DNA of 64,000 nucleotides from the human T2T-CHM13v2.0 reference genome, Homo sapiens, in assembly GCF_009914755.1 (NCBI RefSeq), contig NC_060930.1. One strand, 5' to 3'. The position numbers were made by a program, and so were the translations under genes. The notes under the pieces are model-generated. The model saw only the letters and a list, made by a program, of their open reading frames with translations, made no database searches and was not told the origin of the DNA. Shown piece by piece: positions 25,581-38,515 of the stretch (position 1 is its first letter; the number at the start of each line of letters is the position of its first letter).

Positions 25581-27392
25581 TAGTTGACACTTGAATGACA
25601 TATGTGAACTTTTAAAAATAAATATTTTGGAAATTTTTTTGGAAATTTATGACAATTTCAAAAAACTCACAAATGAATCATATAGCCTAGAAATATAAAA
25701 CAAAATATTTTAAATTAGGTATGTCATGAATGCATAAAATATATATAGATGTCATTCTATTTTATCATTTAGTACCATAAAATATACACAAATCTGTTAT
25801 AAAAAGTTAAAATTTATCAAAACTTACACACACAAACACTTACAGACTCTACACGATGCCATTCACAGTCAAGAGAAATGTAAACAAATGTAAAGGGGGC
25901 AGTATTAAATCCCAACTGCATAAAATTTACTGTGGTATGTACTTTACTACTGTAATAATTCCATAGCCACCTCCTGTTTCTATTACATGAGCTCAAGTGT
26001 TGTGAGAATATGCTGAAAACAACATGTGATACTAATCATCTTCCTGTGAGCAGTTCTTCTCTCTAATAAATTGCATATTGCAGTAAAAAATGATCTCTCA
26101 AGATTCTTATGTATTTTTCACTATGCTTAGTGTAATATTGTAAACCTTGAATAACACCATGGGACCCATGCAAAGTCATGCCAGAAATGTTCCCAAGAAG
26201 CAAAGAAAAGTCATGACATTCCTAGAAAAAATTGAATTGTTTAACATATACCATAGATTGAGGTCTGCAACTGTGATTGCCTGCCATTTCAAGATAAATA
26301 AATCTGGCATGAACATTGTAGAAAAAGAAAAGGAAGGCCGGGCTAGGTGGCTCATGCTTGTAATCCTAGAACTTTGAGAGGTCAAGGCAGGTGGATCACC
26401 TGAGGTCAAGAGTTCGAGACTATCCTGGCCAACATGGTGAAACCCCATCTCTACTAAAAATACAAAAATTGGCCTGGTGTGGTGGCACGCACCTATAATC
26501 CCAGCTACTTGGGAGGCTGAGGCAGGAGAATTGCTTGAACTGGGAGGCAGAGGTTGCAGTGAGCCGAGATTGCACCACTGCACTCCAGGCTTGGTGACAG
26601 AGTGAGAGTTTGTCTCAAAAAAAAAAAAGAAAAGAAAAGAAAATTCATGAAGCCATCATTGCAGCTATACCAGCAAGTGTGAAGACCTTGCACTTTTTGC
26701 AAAATACCTTTTTACATCATATAGAAAATGCAGCTTTTATGCGGGTGTAGAATTGCTAAAGGAAAGGCATACTTATAACCTCTCATATGATGTGAGAAAA
26801 AGCAAAGTCATTATATGACAACCGAAAGCAAAAAGATGTTGAAGGATCTAATGCTGGAGAATTTAATGCCAGCAAAGGATGGTTTGATAATTTTAGAGAA
26901 AAGTTTGTCTTTGAAAATGTCAAGATAACAGGAGAAGCATTTTCTGCCAACCCAGAGACAGCAGTGAGTTCCCAGATGCCACTAAGAAAATCGTTGATAA
27001 GAAAAGATATCTGCTAAAAAGGTTTTTAATGCAGATGAAAGTGCCCTATTCTAGAAAAAAGAAAATGCCCCCAATGGCATTTATTAGTAAGAAAGAGAAG
27101 TGAGCATCAGGATTTAAGGCAGGAAGGGATGGGCTAACTCTACTCTTTTGTGCAAATGCAGTTGGGTTTATGATCAGGACTCTTTTGGGGGATCAAAAGT
27201 TATATGCAAATTTAATGTAAATTTCATGAATTTGCTTTTTTAAAAAATATCTTGAAATGGCAAGCAACCACAGCTGCAGATCTCAATCTATGGTACATAT
27301 TAAACAATTCAACTTTCAATAAATGTTACATGTAATATTTTTGATGTGTGGGGTGTTGGTGCCCCAAACCTGCATTGTTCAAGGGTCAACTG
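25581..27392 (+). mobile_element. Internally deleted Tigger2 (TcMar/pogo) DNA transposon with a transposase remnant
   Basis: TIRs TAGTTGACACTTGAA / TTCAAGGGTCAACTG flanked by TA; CENP-B-like motifs PKKQRKVMTFLEKIEL, FNASKGWFDNF and VFNADESALF in broken frames. Confidence 0.92.
26336..26640 (+). mobile_element. Alu (AluS-like) inserted in the Tigger2 transposase
   Basis: Full dimer with A-rich tail; transposase-like sequence resumes at ~26642. Confidence 0.93.
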
Positions 27393-28815
27393 TATGGTAC
27401 TTGTCAACTCCATGATTTACATTTTATTTGTAATTCCAATCTCTTTATTAATATTGTATATTTTATATGGCATTATCATTATGCCTTCCATTACTTCTTT
27501 AATTATGGTTCCCTTTTGTTGTTTGACAAATTTGTAATGGCTACTTTGAAGTCATTGATATACCAATATTTTGTTGTTTTTATAGGCAGTTTATGTTACC
27601 TGCTTATTTTTCCAGTGCATGGTTCATACTTTCTCTTTGTATGTTTCATAATTTTTTGTTGGAAACTGGGCATTTTAGATAATACATTATAGCAGCTCTG
27701 AATACAGTCCTTCCACCGCCCAGGCTTTTTATTGCTTATTTGTTTGGTTGCCACTGCATAATTTTAGTGAATTCTGTTCTCCTCACTCCTCTGTGTTAAG
27801 TCTCTGATGTTCTTCAGAGGGTACAGCATTGGGTAGGCTTGCAGTCACTCTGGGATGACAGTGGTTTTGGCAGAGTGGCACAGCTCTCTTTAGCTATCTC
27901 TTTCACTGACTGCACCCAGATGTTGAGCTCCATGAATGCCCAGCAGATTTCTAGGGCTCCTGCTGGTTATCTCTTTCCCTGGGTGTTTTCTCCAGCAAAA
28001 TAGCTGACCTACAGTTTAGCATATATCTCCAATGAACCTGTCAATGTCTTCTCAGCTGTTTGGTTTTTTTTTTTTTTTAATTTTTTTTTTGTTGTTTTTT
28101 AACCACAAGTCCATTGTTTTCGAGAGTGCACTTAGGTTTGAACTTCTGCACACTTTCTTGTGAATGAAGTAAGTTCTTTTAGGAAGAGACTTGGGGCTCT
28201 CTGCTTTATAGTCTGCCTCTCTACTTGGGCAAAATTTCTGGACTGTAGATCTGGGGCTGGAAGTGGGGACAATGGTGTGTTTCTCTCTGAGTGACACCTC
28301 ACTTTTGGAACTGAATGTTTGATGGAAAGGAGAGGGGCTAGTAGCCTCAGGTCTTTTCAGCTTACTTCCCCTGGCATAGACCCATCACCTTGAGAGATGA
28401 TACAACAGCAATCAGGGCCTTTGTATAATCAGCAGCACTGCACCCAATACAAAACCATCCCACAAGCGCAGGCTGAATGGAGGAAGGGATCCTCTATCTC
28501 TTGGCTACACTCACCCAGATTTTAGCCTCAGCAACAGGTAGCTGAGGACAAGATGAGAAGTGCTGACATCCTCTGACTGGGAGCTGTCTGGAGAAGGAGC
28601 CGTGTGCTCTTAGCTGTCTGGAGTGTAGTTTCCATTTCACTAAGCTTGGAGAGGAGAAGGAGGGAGTGATATTGGTTCAAATACCACAGATTCTCACTGT
28701 TCTTACTCAGTTTTAGTAGGTTCTCCTAAATGCTTCTTTATTTGCTGTATTCCCTTAGAACAGTTTCTAGAGACTTTAAATGGTTATTTTTGTTTTGTTT
28801 TTAAAAATAATTTTG

Positions 28816-29093
28816 CTGGTCATGGTGGCTCACGCCTATAATCCCAACAATTTGAGAGGCCACGGAGGGAGGATTGTTTGAGGCCAGAGTTCAAGATTAC
28901 CTTGGGAAACATAGCACGACACCATCTCTACAAAAAAATAAAAAATAAAAAATTAGCCAGGTGTGCTGGTGCATGCCATATTCTTGGGGCTGAGGCAGAA
29001 GGATCACTTGAGCCCAGGAGTTTGAGGCTACAGTGAGCTATGATTGTGCCACCGAACTCTAGCTTGGGTGATCCCATCTCTAAAAGAAAAAAA
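28816..29093 (+). mobile_element. Alu (AluJ-like, decayed)
   Basis: GGTGGCTCACGCCTATAATCCC...GGATCACTTGAGCCCAGGAGTTTGAGGCTACAGTGAGC. Confidence 0.88.
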
Positions 29094-29292
29094 TATATAT
29101 TTTTAAACCAGTTTCACTGGCTAGCAGGTTTGTGAAGCTCCTCATGCCATCCTGCTAGAAGTCAAATCCACCTTATTTGTTTCGGTGTTCCCAGCTCCTA
29201 GCCCCAAAATTTGGCACACAGTTGGTGCTCATAATGTAGATCAAGCAAATGAATAAGTGACCGGATGGATGGGTAGATGAGTGATGGTTATC

Positions 29293-29854
29293 AGGGATGG
29301 TTGATTTTATGTATCAACTAGTCTGTGCCACGGGGTTCTCAGACCTTTGGTCAAACATTCTGGGTGTGTCTGTGAGGGTGTTCCTGGATGAGATTAAAAT
29401 TTGAATCAGTCGACAGAGTACAGCAAATCACCCTCCTTAATGTGGGTGGGCCTCATCCAATCAGTTGAAGACCTGAATAGAACAAAAAGGCTGACCCTTC
29501 TGAGAGTAAGAGGGAGCTCTTCCTGTCCAACTACCTTGAAATCAGGACATCATTTTTTTTTCCATGTTTGGACTTGAGCTGAAACATTGGGTTTTCCTAG
29601 GTGTTAAGCCCGCCAGCCTTCAGACTAAAACCGCACCATTGCCTCTCCTTGGTCTCCAGCTGTCTGACTGCTGATCTTGGGATTTATTAGCCTCCATAAT
29701 TGCATAAGCCAATTCCCTATAATGCATTTCTTCATAGATAGATAGATAGATATGTGTGTATGTACGTATGTATATGTATATATAATTTCTTTTTATATAT
29801 ATGTATATATCTATCCTATTGTTTCTGTTTCTCTGGACAACCCTGATTAATACA
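29293..29854 (+). mobile_element. MLT2-family (ERVL) solo LTR with internal TA/GATA repeat
   Basis: GATGGTTGATTTTATGTATCAAC...TTTCTCTGGACAACCCTGATTAATACA. Confidence 0.88.
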
Positions 29855-31157
29855 AGAAGGAACATATCAAGAATTGACAAATGGAATTTCATGACATGGT
29901 CCTATTTGGTAATCATAGTACTAAAAGTAGTGTCCTTATCATATGCATTGTATCCTGTGCATCAGACATTTCTCCTTTGGATCCTTAAGTTGAGGTATGT
30001 AAACATTTTCTATTTCCTTTTTTAAAAGTACCCCCTTTCAAAACAAGTATTCCTTGATTATCCAAATGAAATCAATGATAATCAGATCCACTATTCTTTA
30101 AGTATTACCTTCAAATTGTGTGCAATTTTAAAAATACAAATAGCATAGATGAAACACATATTAAGTTTCCAGAACTGACTTCTTGAGAGTTAAAGCATTT
30201 GTTTTAAAAATAATCGTCCCAAAATCTTTGGAGAAATCACAAGAAAATGGCAGTTGAGATAGTGGCATTTTTATATTATGCGCCTCAGTAAATGAAAGTC
30301 TCAGCTGAATAATCTCTAATCTGCATTAGCATGCTTGCCCCCCCACCCACCTCTCTCTCTCTATTTTGTATTACATTCACACAGACCCTATTATCTGATC
30401 CTACAGAGATCTTGTTTAGAGTACACAAAACTTCCCCGGAGGGTTTTCCATTTAAAGCAAAAAAGCAGATCAACAGTACTCTGGTGCAATGCTCTAGAAA
30501 GATATAAGCCTACAATTGATTTTCATTGTGGGAGATATATAGCATTCATCTGCTCACCAGCTTCAGTTCAAACTCGGCAGCAAGGCTAAGCCAAGGACTG
30601 GGAGCTGGCTTCTGAGAACATCAGGGAAACAACAGCCTTTGCTCGACCATCTATTTTTTGCCCAGTTTTAACACTGAAGGGCTTAGGAAGAGAAATGACA
30701 ACATTTTCAACATGAAGCTTATTCAATGTTTCTGTGTTGCTACAATTAAGCATTTCAGAAGCATATGTGCTGCCTTTCAGTTCAAACCCGGTCGTCCGCT
30801 CTGACAGGTCACAGACAAAAACCAGGATAATGACATTCTATCTTGATCGCAGGATCCAGACAGACCAGTCTGCTGTGGATCAAAAAAGAAAACAACAACC
30901 CAAGTGCTGATTTAATTTCCTTCTCCTCAAATATTGAGTTCATATTGAAATTGAGCATACCAAGTGTGAATCTTGCTAAGAATAGCACCTCTTAGTGGTG
31001 TATGAAATCTGCAAGAGTTTCTCCAGGTAATTGCAAAGTCCTAATATAGTATGACCTATGTTCATTATTTTTTCAACAAGTTCAGATCCTACCTAGGACA
31101 TTATCCTATCCATCTAGACAAAATGAAAAGGACAATTGAGGAGATTATCTATATAAT

Positions 31158-31500
31158 TGATATGGTTTGGCTCTGTGTCCCCACCCAAATCTCACCTTGA
31201 ATTGTAATAATTCCCACATGGCAAGGGCAGGACCAGGTGGAGGTAATTAGATCATGGGGGTGGCTTCCCCCATGCTGTTATTGTGTTAATGAGTGAGTCT
31301 CACGAGATCCAATGCCTTTATAAGCATCTGGCATTTTCCCTGCTTGCACTCATTCTCTCTCCTGCCACCCTATGAAGAGGTGCCTTCTGCCATGAGGCCT
31401 CCCCAGCCATGCGGAACTGTGAGTCAATTAAACCTCTTTTCTTTATAAATTACCCAGTCTTGGGTATTTCTTAATATCAGCATGTGAACAGACTAATACA
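31158..31500 (+). mobile_element. THE1C/D-like MaLR solo LTR
   Basis: TGATATGGTTTGGCTCTGTGTCCCCACCCAAATCTC...GACTAATACA; exact TSD ATAAT. Confidence 0.93.
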
Positions 31501-31940
31501 ATAATTTAGAAATTTTAGAAAAAAGTGGCTTTCAAGTATCAGGAAAATTGAGAGGAGAATGATACAAATCATTTTGACTAGCACACATGCTCAACTTATT
31601 TGAGCGTATTCTTCATTCTTCTTTGTCTTTCAGAGCTGTTACCATTTGAGGTTCTCAATGAGCCAGTTTGCAGAGTTCCATTCAAGATACTCAAGATATA
31701 GTGAGTCAGGCAACTTTCCCCTGGAGTCATGGGTTCAAAAAGTATTAGGCTTTTCTCAAGCATGGAGGTCTAATTCCTTCCCATTGCTTAGATTTGGCCC
31801 CATTCGGTAACTTTCCTGAAGATATAGAAGCTTGGATGTCAATCAAATACGCACCTTCAATTTCTGGCTAACTCTTCTAGCGTGAATGCCAATCTGTTCT
31901 CTCAAACAGTGCTGTGCAAAGTGAAAACCTTGAAGCAACC

Positions 31941-32379
31941 TGTGGTAGGCTGAATCATGGCCCCAAAGATGTCCACATCCTAAATCCCAGAAACTGTGAA
32001 TATGTTAACTTACATGGGAAAAGAAACTCTGCATAGGTGATTCAGTTAAGAATCTTGAGATGAGGTGATTATTTTGCATAATCCAGGTGGGTCCAATGCA
32101 ATCCCAGAGGTCCTTATAAAAGGCAGGTGAGAGTCAGAGTCAGAGAACAAGATATAATAATGAAAGCAGAGGTTGGAGTGATGTGGGGCTGTGAATCAAG
32201 AAATCAGCTGCTGGGATAGGTAGGGAAACAGATTCTCCCCTAGAGCCTCCAGAAGGAACGCAGCTCTACTGAACCATTTTTAGGCCTCTGACCTCCACAA
32301 CTGTAAGAAGATTAATTTGTGTTGTTTTAAGGCACTGAATGGGGGTGATTTATTACGACAGCAATAGGAAACTAATATA
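31941..32379 (+). mobile_element. MLT1C/D-like MaLR solo LTR
   Basis: TGTGGTAGGCTGAAT...CAGATTCTCCCCTAGAGCCTCCAGAAGGAAC...GCAATAGGAAACTAATA. Confidence 0.88.
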
Positions 32380-32462
32380 CTCTACTCCATTTTAGCCCTA
32401 CAGTTTCTATACAAGCCTAATAAGTAGTCCTCCCTTGCTGTCTTTCCCTTAATTCTTCAGAG

Positions 32463-32605
32463 CAGAGTTCTTAAACAGGGTTTGGGTGGCAATCAACCTT
32501 CTAAAATTATATTTACAATTTTGTGTCACATGCATTTTTCTGGAAAGGAGTCCATAGATTTCATCAGACTGGCAAAGTGATCTGTGATCTTAAAATCGAA
32601 AATGT
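32463..32605. mobile_element. MER103-like hAT MITE
   Basis: TGCATTTTTCTGGAAAGGAGTCCATAGATTTCATCAGA matches the recalled MER103C core. Confidence 0.65.
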
Positions 32606-33709
32606 TAGTCTTGATTGGACATTCCTAACTTCACATCTTTGTCCCCAGCAGACTGTGAGTGGCATAAAAGTGTGAGAAAGTGAATGTTTCAAATATTTTT
32701 ATTCCTTCATTACTGGTCCTTCCTTCACTCCTAAAAATGAGGCTGCACAGGGCTTAGCTCTAACCTGGTGTTCCCGCATGTCCTTGAGGTACTGCTCTTA
32801 ATTTTTATACATGCAAAAATCTATTCCTCATGTGGAGTCGTAGTTACCAGTGACTTCACTGAGCATGAGGCCGGGTAACTCCGCTGCAGCCATCACTGCT
32901 GTGCTAGGCATGGTGGCATTGGTGATGGTGGTGGAGTGGACAGGGGTGTCAGCATGAACCTAGCATCCCTCTATCATTGCACATGAGTCTGGGTTTATGT
33001 CCTGGCCATTATATGGAGTCTAAGGGCATCTCTGTGATGTGTAGACTTTTTCCACACTTATAAGGATGTGGGCAGAAGAAAGCAGAAGAAAGACTTCTCT
33101 TCTCCAGTCCTCAAATGATGCATAACTAGCATCCTCTCATAGTTTCAAGGAGGAGAAAAAAGGCAGACTGAAATAGAGACAAGGTATCATTTGAAATCGA
33201 TTCTATTCGCTGTCAGTGTAAAGCAAAGCAGAGATTAAGCATCTACTCTTCATTGTGTAACAGTTATGACTTTGGCTATGATAAGTGCAACTCTATTTTA
33301 GTACGTTTCTTTGGTGCCTACATATACAATAAAGGCTCTACTCCACAGCTGCTACACCTTTAAATGGGTGACATGTGAAAAAATTGCTGTCTTGTTTGTG
33401 TCAGACAGCCATTTCCCTCTAAAATACTTCTTGTTATTCCATATTTAATAAGTGCCCACTGAGTGCTGGGCAGTGTCCAAGACACAGCCACAGTCCCCGC
33501 CCACACACATGCATGTGCCAAAGCAATTTGGCAATCGGTGCTGTGATGTGCTTCTCTGACCATCGTGGATGGCTTTCTTCTGATACAAAGAGTGTCAACA
33601 GCAACCCAGCTGTAGATTTCTTCCAAGAAAGCTATAAAAGAAATTGAATGCATTTTGTTTGCTTAGTGAATTATAAAAGAAACCATAACAATGACTTGAT
33701 AGTACATAT

Positions 33710-33885
33710 AAAGACATTACAATTGCCAAGTACTTTCACAGCAGCTCTGTGTCATTGACTCTTACATTTTTTTTTTGAGTTATTCAAGGCAGATATTACT
33801 ATCTCCCTTATCCTCTGAGAGGTGAAGGGACTTTTCCAAGAATAAGAAGTAAATGGCAGAGCCAGGAGGAGAATCCCACTATTCT
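33710..33885 (-). mobile_element. MIR
   Basis: GAGAGGTGAAGGGACTTTTCCAAG...GTAAATGGCAGAGCCAGGA antisense MIR motif. Confidence 0.7.
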
Positions 33886-34257
33886 GATATTTCCTCCCAA
33901 CCCCCAACCCTCAAGATATCACAAAGTCTCTCATTAGCTAAGAAGTTTCCAAGTATAAATTGTGAAATCTTGTATTTTAATCTTACTTTCTTTCATATGG
34001 GTAACAGATCCTAGGGAATAGTCCTTTAAATTGTCTTTTCCATCTGTAAAAAGTTTACTCTACAAAATCTTTATGTATAGATCAGTCACTATTTACCAAA
34101 GTTTTGGAATACATAAACCAACTAGGAAAAGCTTAGTTAAATATAATTAAAATTCTTTTGGGCTGTGATTATCTGAAAAATGGCACCATTTTCTAAAAAT
34201 AGTGTTTTGCCTTTAGGCATTAATTTGATTTAAACATTTAGAATCACCTTTAATTAT

Positions 34258-34334
34258 ACACACACACATACAGAGAGAGAGAGAGGGAGAGAGAGAGAGA
34301 GAGAGAGAGTGTGTGTGTGTGTGTGTGTGTGTGT
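34258..34334. repeat. Compound (CA)n(GA)n(GT)n microsatellite
   Basis: Direct reading. Confidence 0.95.
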
Positions 34335-34593
34335 AATCACCAAGTTCCCTAGAGTTCCACAGAACATGAATAAACATATGGACTGTTCTCTTACACCTAC
34401 TCCACAAGTCTGAGTATTGAGGATTTATATAGTTAGAGACTATGTGGTGTAAATATGTATAAATTTATATTGTGTTAATTTATGGCATGCGGTACAGAAG
34501 GCTGTTTGCAAGTTGCAGTGTACTTCTTCCCACGTTTATGCTGAAATATCATTTCTGGGTTCCTTCCCCATGTTTTCCTTTGTCTCCCCACAG

Positions 34594-34830
34594 ATGTTTG
34601 GGCAGCTTGTTTTCAGGGGAGTGAATACATCTTGGAAGTATGCTTGCGGAATGCAATTCAGGTGAAGAATGCACTATCTCTATTGGGATTTGGCTGAAGG
34701 ATATTCCCCCTTCGCCTTATGTCCTGCCCGCTTCTGTTATGAAGACAATTGCTCCAGGGTAGCCACACTCTTGGGGGCTGCCATTTCCTGGCCTGGGTGT
34801 CCTCAAGGTCCATAGAGCGGTTCTAAGTAG
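34594..34830 (+). other. Candidate non-coding internal exon (237 nt)
   Basis: Acceptor TTCCTTCCCCATGTTTTCCTTTGTCTCCCCACAG| and donor TAG|GTGAGT; stops in all three frames; no expression evidence available. Confidence 0.35.
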
Positions 34831-37005
34831 GTGAGTGGCATTTCATTATTTGTAAAAGGAAAAAGAAAAAAACAAAACCCTACACATCAAAATTCCTTTA
34901 TGGCTGTTTGCCAAAGAAGCTGAGTTTTTACTAGAGGGGCTCCGAGAGAGTCCACCTCTAGTTATCTGTGGTTCTGTTGAAGGGGAAAGAGCGGTCATAG
35001 ATGAATGAAGTTCACAGAGTGCTTACAAACCACAGCTTATTTAACCTGCTCTTTCACCGGTGTAAATTGTTAAAAAGTACTCATATCGACTTATTTGACT
35101 TAATCAATCTTCTTTCCTGGTCCTCCCATGGGGAGGTGTGCTAATGGGTAACGGAGATTGAGAAGGAGGCAGTGGGCAGGAAGAGGAAGGAAAACAGAGC
35201 CCCAAACTGAGTCGACAGCCCCTGAATGAATAAAAATCTGGCAGCGGATGGAGAGGGGTTTGACTCATCCATGAATGCTCTAGCACGAGGCTACTGCTTT
35301 CACAGACACTGTCTGTTTCTCCAAATTTAGGGGAAATTAGTGAGGAAACTATTTTTAGACTGTTTACTTCTCCTCTGCCCTTACAATGGCGCTGCTTATG
35401 AAATTTGAGGACAGACCTATTGAGAGACTAATGGAGTCATCTGCCATAGAGATTAGACAAGGATTTATGGATCAAAAGAATTGCTCTGCAGGTTTCTTTT
35501 AAGCACTATGAATTCACCAGCCCTTGCAATGACCCAACAATGGCAAACTAACATTTGTGCAGTCCTTTAATATTTTAACACTTAAAAAATATGTACATGT
35601 ATATATATATATATATATGTATGTGTATGTGTATATATATACATACTTTGCCACATCAACTCTTTGCAACTGTCTGGTAAGGTTCAAACTTTTCAGCAGA
35701 GAAAGAAAGGAAATTATAAGTGAGTGTCCTAAGGTCACATACTTGGAAAATGTCATTGGTGTAATTCAAACCCTAATCATCTTTCCAACATAAAGGTGCT
35801 GAGTGGTTGCACTTGAGCATTGTGAGTTGGGTGAAAAACCAAGTCTAAAATATTTACTGAAATCTAAGTTTTGCCAGCTTATCTGGTACTCTTGCCTTTT
35901 TCTCCATTGTCTTGCACTTCTCTGGACTTTATTATTCAACTTTGGCCACACCCAGTGAAAATGCAGGTATACACGTTCAGTTGGGAAAGAATTTTCACAC
36001 CAGGGAGTCATACAAAAATGACAAAAACGTGTTTGGGTGGATTTTGGTCCAAGAGTTGTTTAAATGCCGGAGTAGAGTTTGAAATTTCAGTAGTGAGAAG
36101 CCATAGAAAGATTATAGAAATAATGAACACCTTCTAAGAATTTATAATTTACAAAACTCTTCGCCTACAATTTTTCGGTGAGTTCTCCTAACCATCCTTT
36201 AAGGAAGAAGTAGTATTTTGATCCCAATGTTACTTTTCAGGAAGTTGCGGCTTGGAGAAGGTGTGATTTTACTTGATTGGGTAGCCAGTCAATGATAAAA
36301 CTCAATCTGTAAGCCAAGTAGTAAGTAGTGCTTTCAAAGCTTTGATCAGGGAATGGCTTACAGAATGTAGAATGTATTCAAAGGAGGGGAAACATTTAGA
36401 AGCTATTGCAGAAACCCATGGTGTGGAATTTTTTAAGTTAGAAATCTGAATGCAAACATCAGCTCTCAGGGCCATGATGCGGATTGTTGTTATTCTCAGT
36501 GTGATGGAAGCAAAGCGATGGTCTCTGGATCTAAAAACAGGTTAAACGCAGGCATGTGTCTTTCTCTTCATCTGACAGATAGATGAGTAATTGATTTCAT
36601 TTACCAAACAGGCTGAGCACAACGTAAAATCATGCTACTCATCTAAACTGAAAAAATTCTCTATTTTCCAGAATAGTCTCAGAGCACCATGTGTGAGAGA
36701 ACACGACAGAATAGAAACTGATTATGCAAAATGTGCGAGAGAGAACTGCAGCTCTTGGTGACATGTGGCAGCCTCATTGGGAAGGGAGTGCTGTGTAACT
36801 CTGGGTGCTGTCTCTGATGGCCACGTGTCACAAGCTGAATGGCAAAAGGGGGGTTAAAAACTGAGTTTGTGAATTGTTGCATGTAGTCCTCTGAGACATT
36901 CACGTGCCATGCACACATGCAAGGAGGTATCCTGAGAGGCCACTCTCAGCAGCAACACTCACCCACACAGAGGTAAGAGAGGGGAATGCCAGGATTTTTG
37001 TCTGT

Positions 37006-37039
<34 letters not shown>
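37006..37039. repeat. Poly(T) tract (~34 nt)
   Basis: Direct reading. Confidence 0.95.
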
Positions 37040-37040
<1 letters not shown>

Positions 37041-37601
37041 GTATTTTGTCCCAGAGTCCTTACTCTGGGCTGTGTAGACCCCTCTAAAGATATGACTACT
37101 CTATGAGAACCCCTCCCACCCAATGCGAAGATTGCAAAAGCTCTTAGGAGGATGGAAATGGTTACATGGTTGGATAGAGGGGCAGCAGGAACATGAGAGG
37201 CATAGAAGATTTTTTTTTCTTTTTTTTTCTTTTGAGACAGAGAATTCCAGACACAGCAGAGAATCAAAATGGTGTTTGGAAGATTACAAGCCTAGCAAAC
37301 CTTTTGTGCTCAGGAGCTATCCAGAGTACTAGGCTGCCTCTACCTCCGGTTCACCTGAGCTGAGGCCAGAGTCTTCTGCTCGGTATCTGACATCAAGTCT
37401 CTGCCTTGGGCTTGGCTTCAGCTCTAATTCATACCAGCTTCCTTCCCTCTTCTGTGTTCTACTGGACTCCACTATTCTCAGAACCAACCATTTGCAAGCC
37501 GTGGGAAAGCCTGGTTTTGATAACCAGCTGCACCCAATGCCACCTTCACTGTGGTTTTAATAAGAGATAGCTTGTTTCCCTGGATGTTTCCCAGCCATAG
37601 T

Positions 37602-37603
<2 letters not shown>

Positions 37604-37641
<38 letters not shown>

Positions 37642-37669
37642 GCGTGTGCGCGCATGCACACACACACAT
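37604..37669. repeat. (CA)n plus CG/TG alternating purine-pyrimidine tract
   Basis: (AC)17 followed by AGACGCGTGTGCGCGCATGCACACACACACAT. Confidence 0.95.
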
Positions 37670-38378
37670 CATTAGATTTTGCAGACATGAGGTTTATATT
37701 TTTAGATAGATTTTTGCATAAGCACATTTGAATTTATGTACAATATGTCAGACCTTGCTTTACAGTGACCTGATTTAAAAAAGTTTTTTTCTACAGATTT
37801 CTCTGTATGTGCATATATACAGAAGCTTGTAGCAATCAGTATACAAAATAATGTCATCAGGGAGGGGTTGAGCAATGTAGAAAGAACTGAGTGCATTGAT
37901 GTCTAATGCCTATTCTGGCTATGGGCAAATGTACAATGAGAAAATGATGTCAGTTCTAGAACAGGCTGGTGACTTGAGCATAAGCATCTGATTCCCTGCA
38001 TCTTAATCTTGATGTAAATGAGCAATTAAATGTCTAAAGAGAGTGTCTCAGATTGGAGAGACTCCCACTGGCCAGATCTGGGAAATTCTGAACTAAAATA
38101 ATTAAGTACAGTAATGACTTTTAAACCATTGGAAAAAAAAAAAGTAGGAAATCATGCATCCATGCTGATAACAAATAGATAAATAAATAATTCAGGGAGA
38201 AGAGAGGGCTCTTGTTTACAGTTGAGTGCTAGAGACCAACTGGTAAAAACTGTAAAATCATCATCTTGCAAGCATCATGGTAAAGACTGAAATAGGCGAG
38301 AAATGTGGTTAAATGCTAAATCACATAGGAGATTTAGAAGAGCAGGATATTTACACATATTAAAGTGTGTATGTGTGT

Positions 38379-38515
38379 GAGAGAGAGAGACACAGAGAGA
38401 GAGATGGAGAGAGAGGAAAAGAAAAAGAAGGAAGGAAAGAAAGAGAAAGAAAGAAAGAATAAAGAAAGAAAGAAAAGGAGGAGGAGAGGAAGGAAGGAAG
38501 GAAAGAAGGGGAAGG
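38379..38515. repeat. GA-rich low-complexity tract
   Basis: GAGA/GAAA/GGAA runs. Confidence 0.9.

Noticed and set aside
26147-27180. Domesticated pogo transposase (TIGD/CENP-B-like gene)
   Set aside because: Interrupted by an Alu, frameshifted, contains stops, and lacks most of the DDE domain.
30512-30529. Inverted SOX pair ACAAT...ATTGT
   Set aside because: Spacing and flanks fit a SOXE dimer site poorly; expected by chance in AT-rich DNA.
34930-34962. ACTAGAGG...CCTCTAGT hairpin / partial CTCF-like motif
   Set aside because: Only an 8-bp stem and an incomplete motif.
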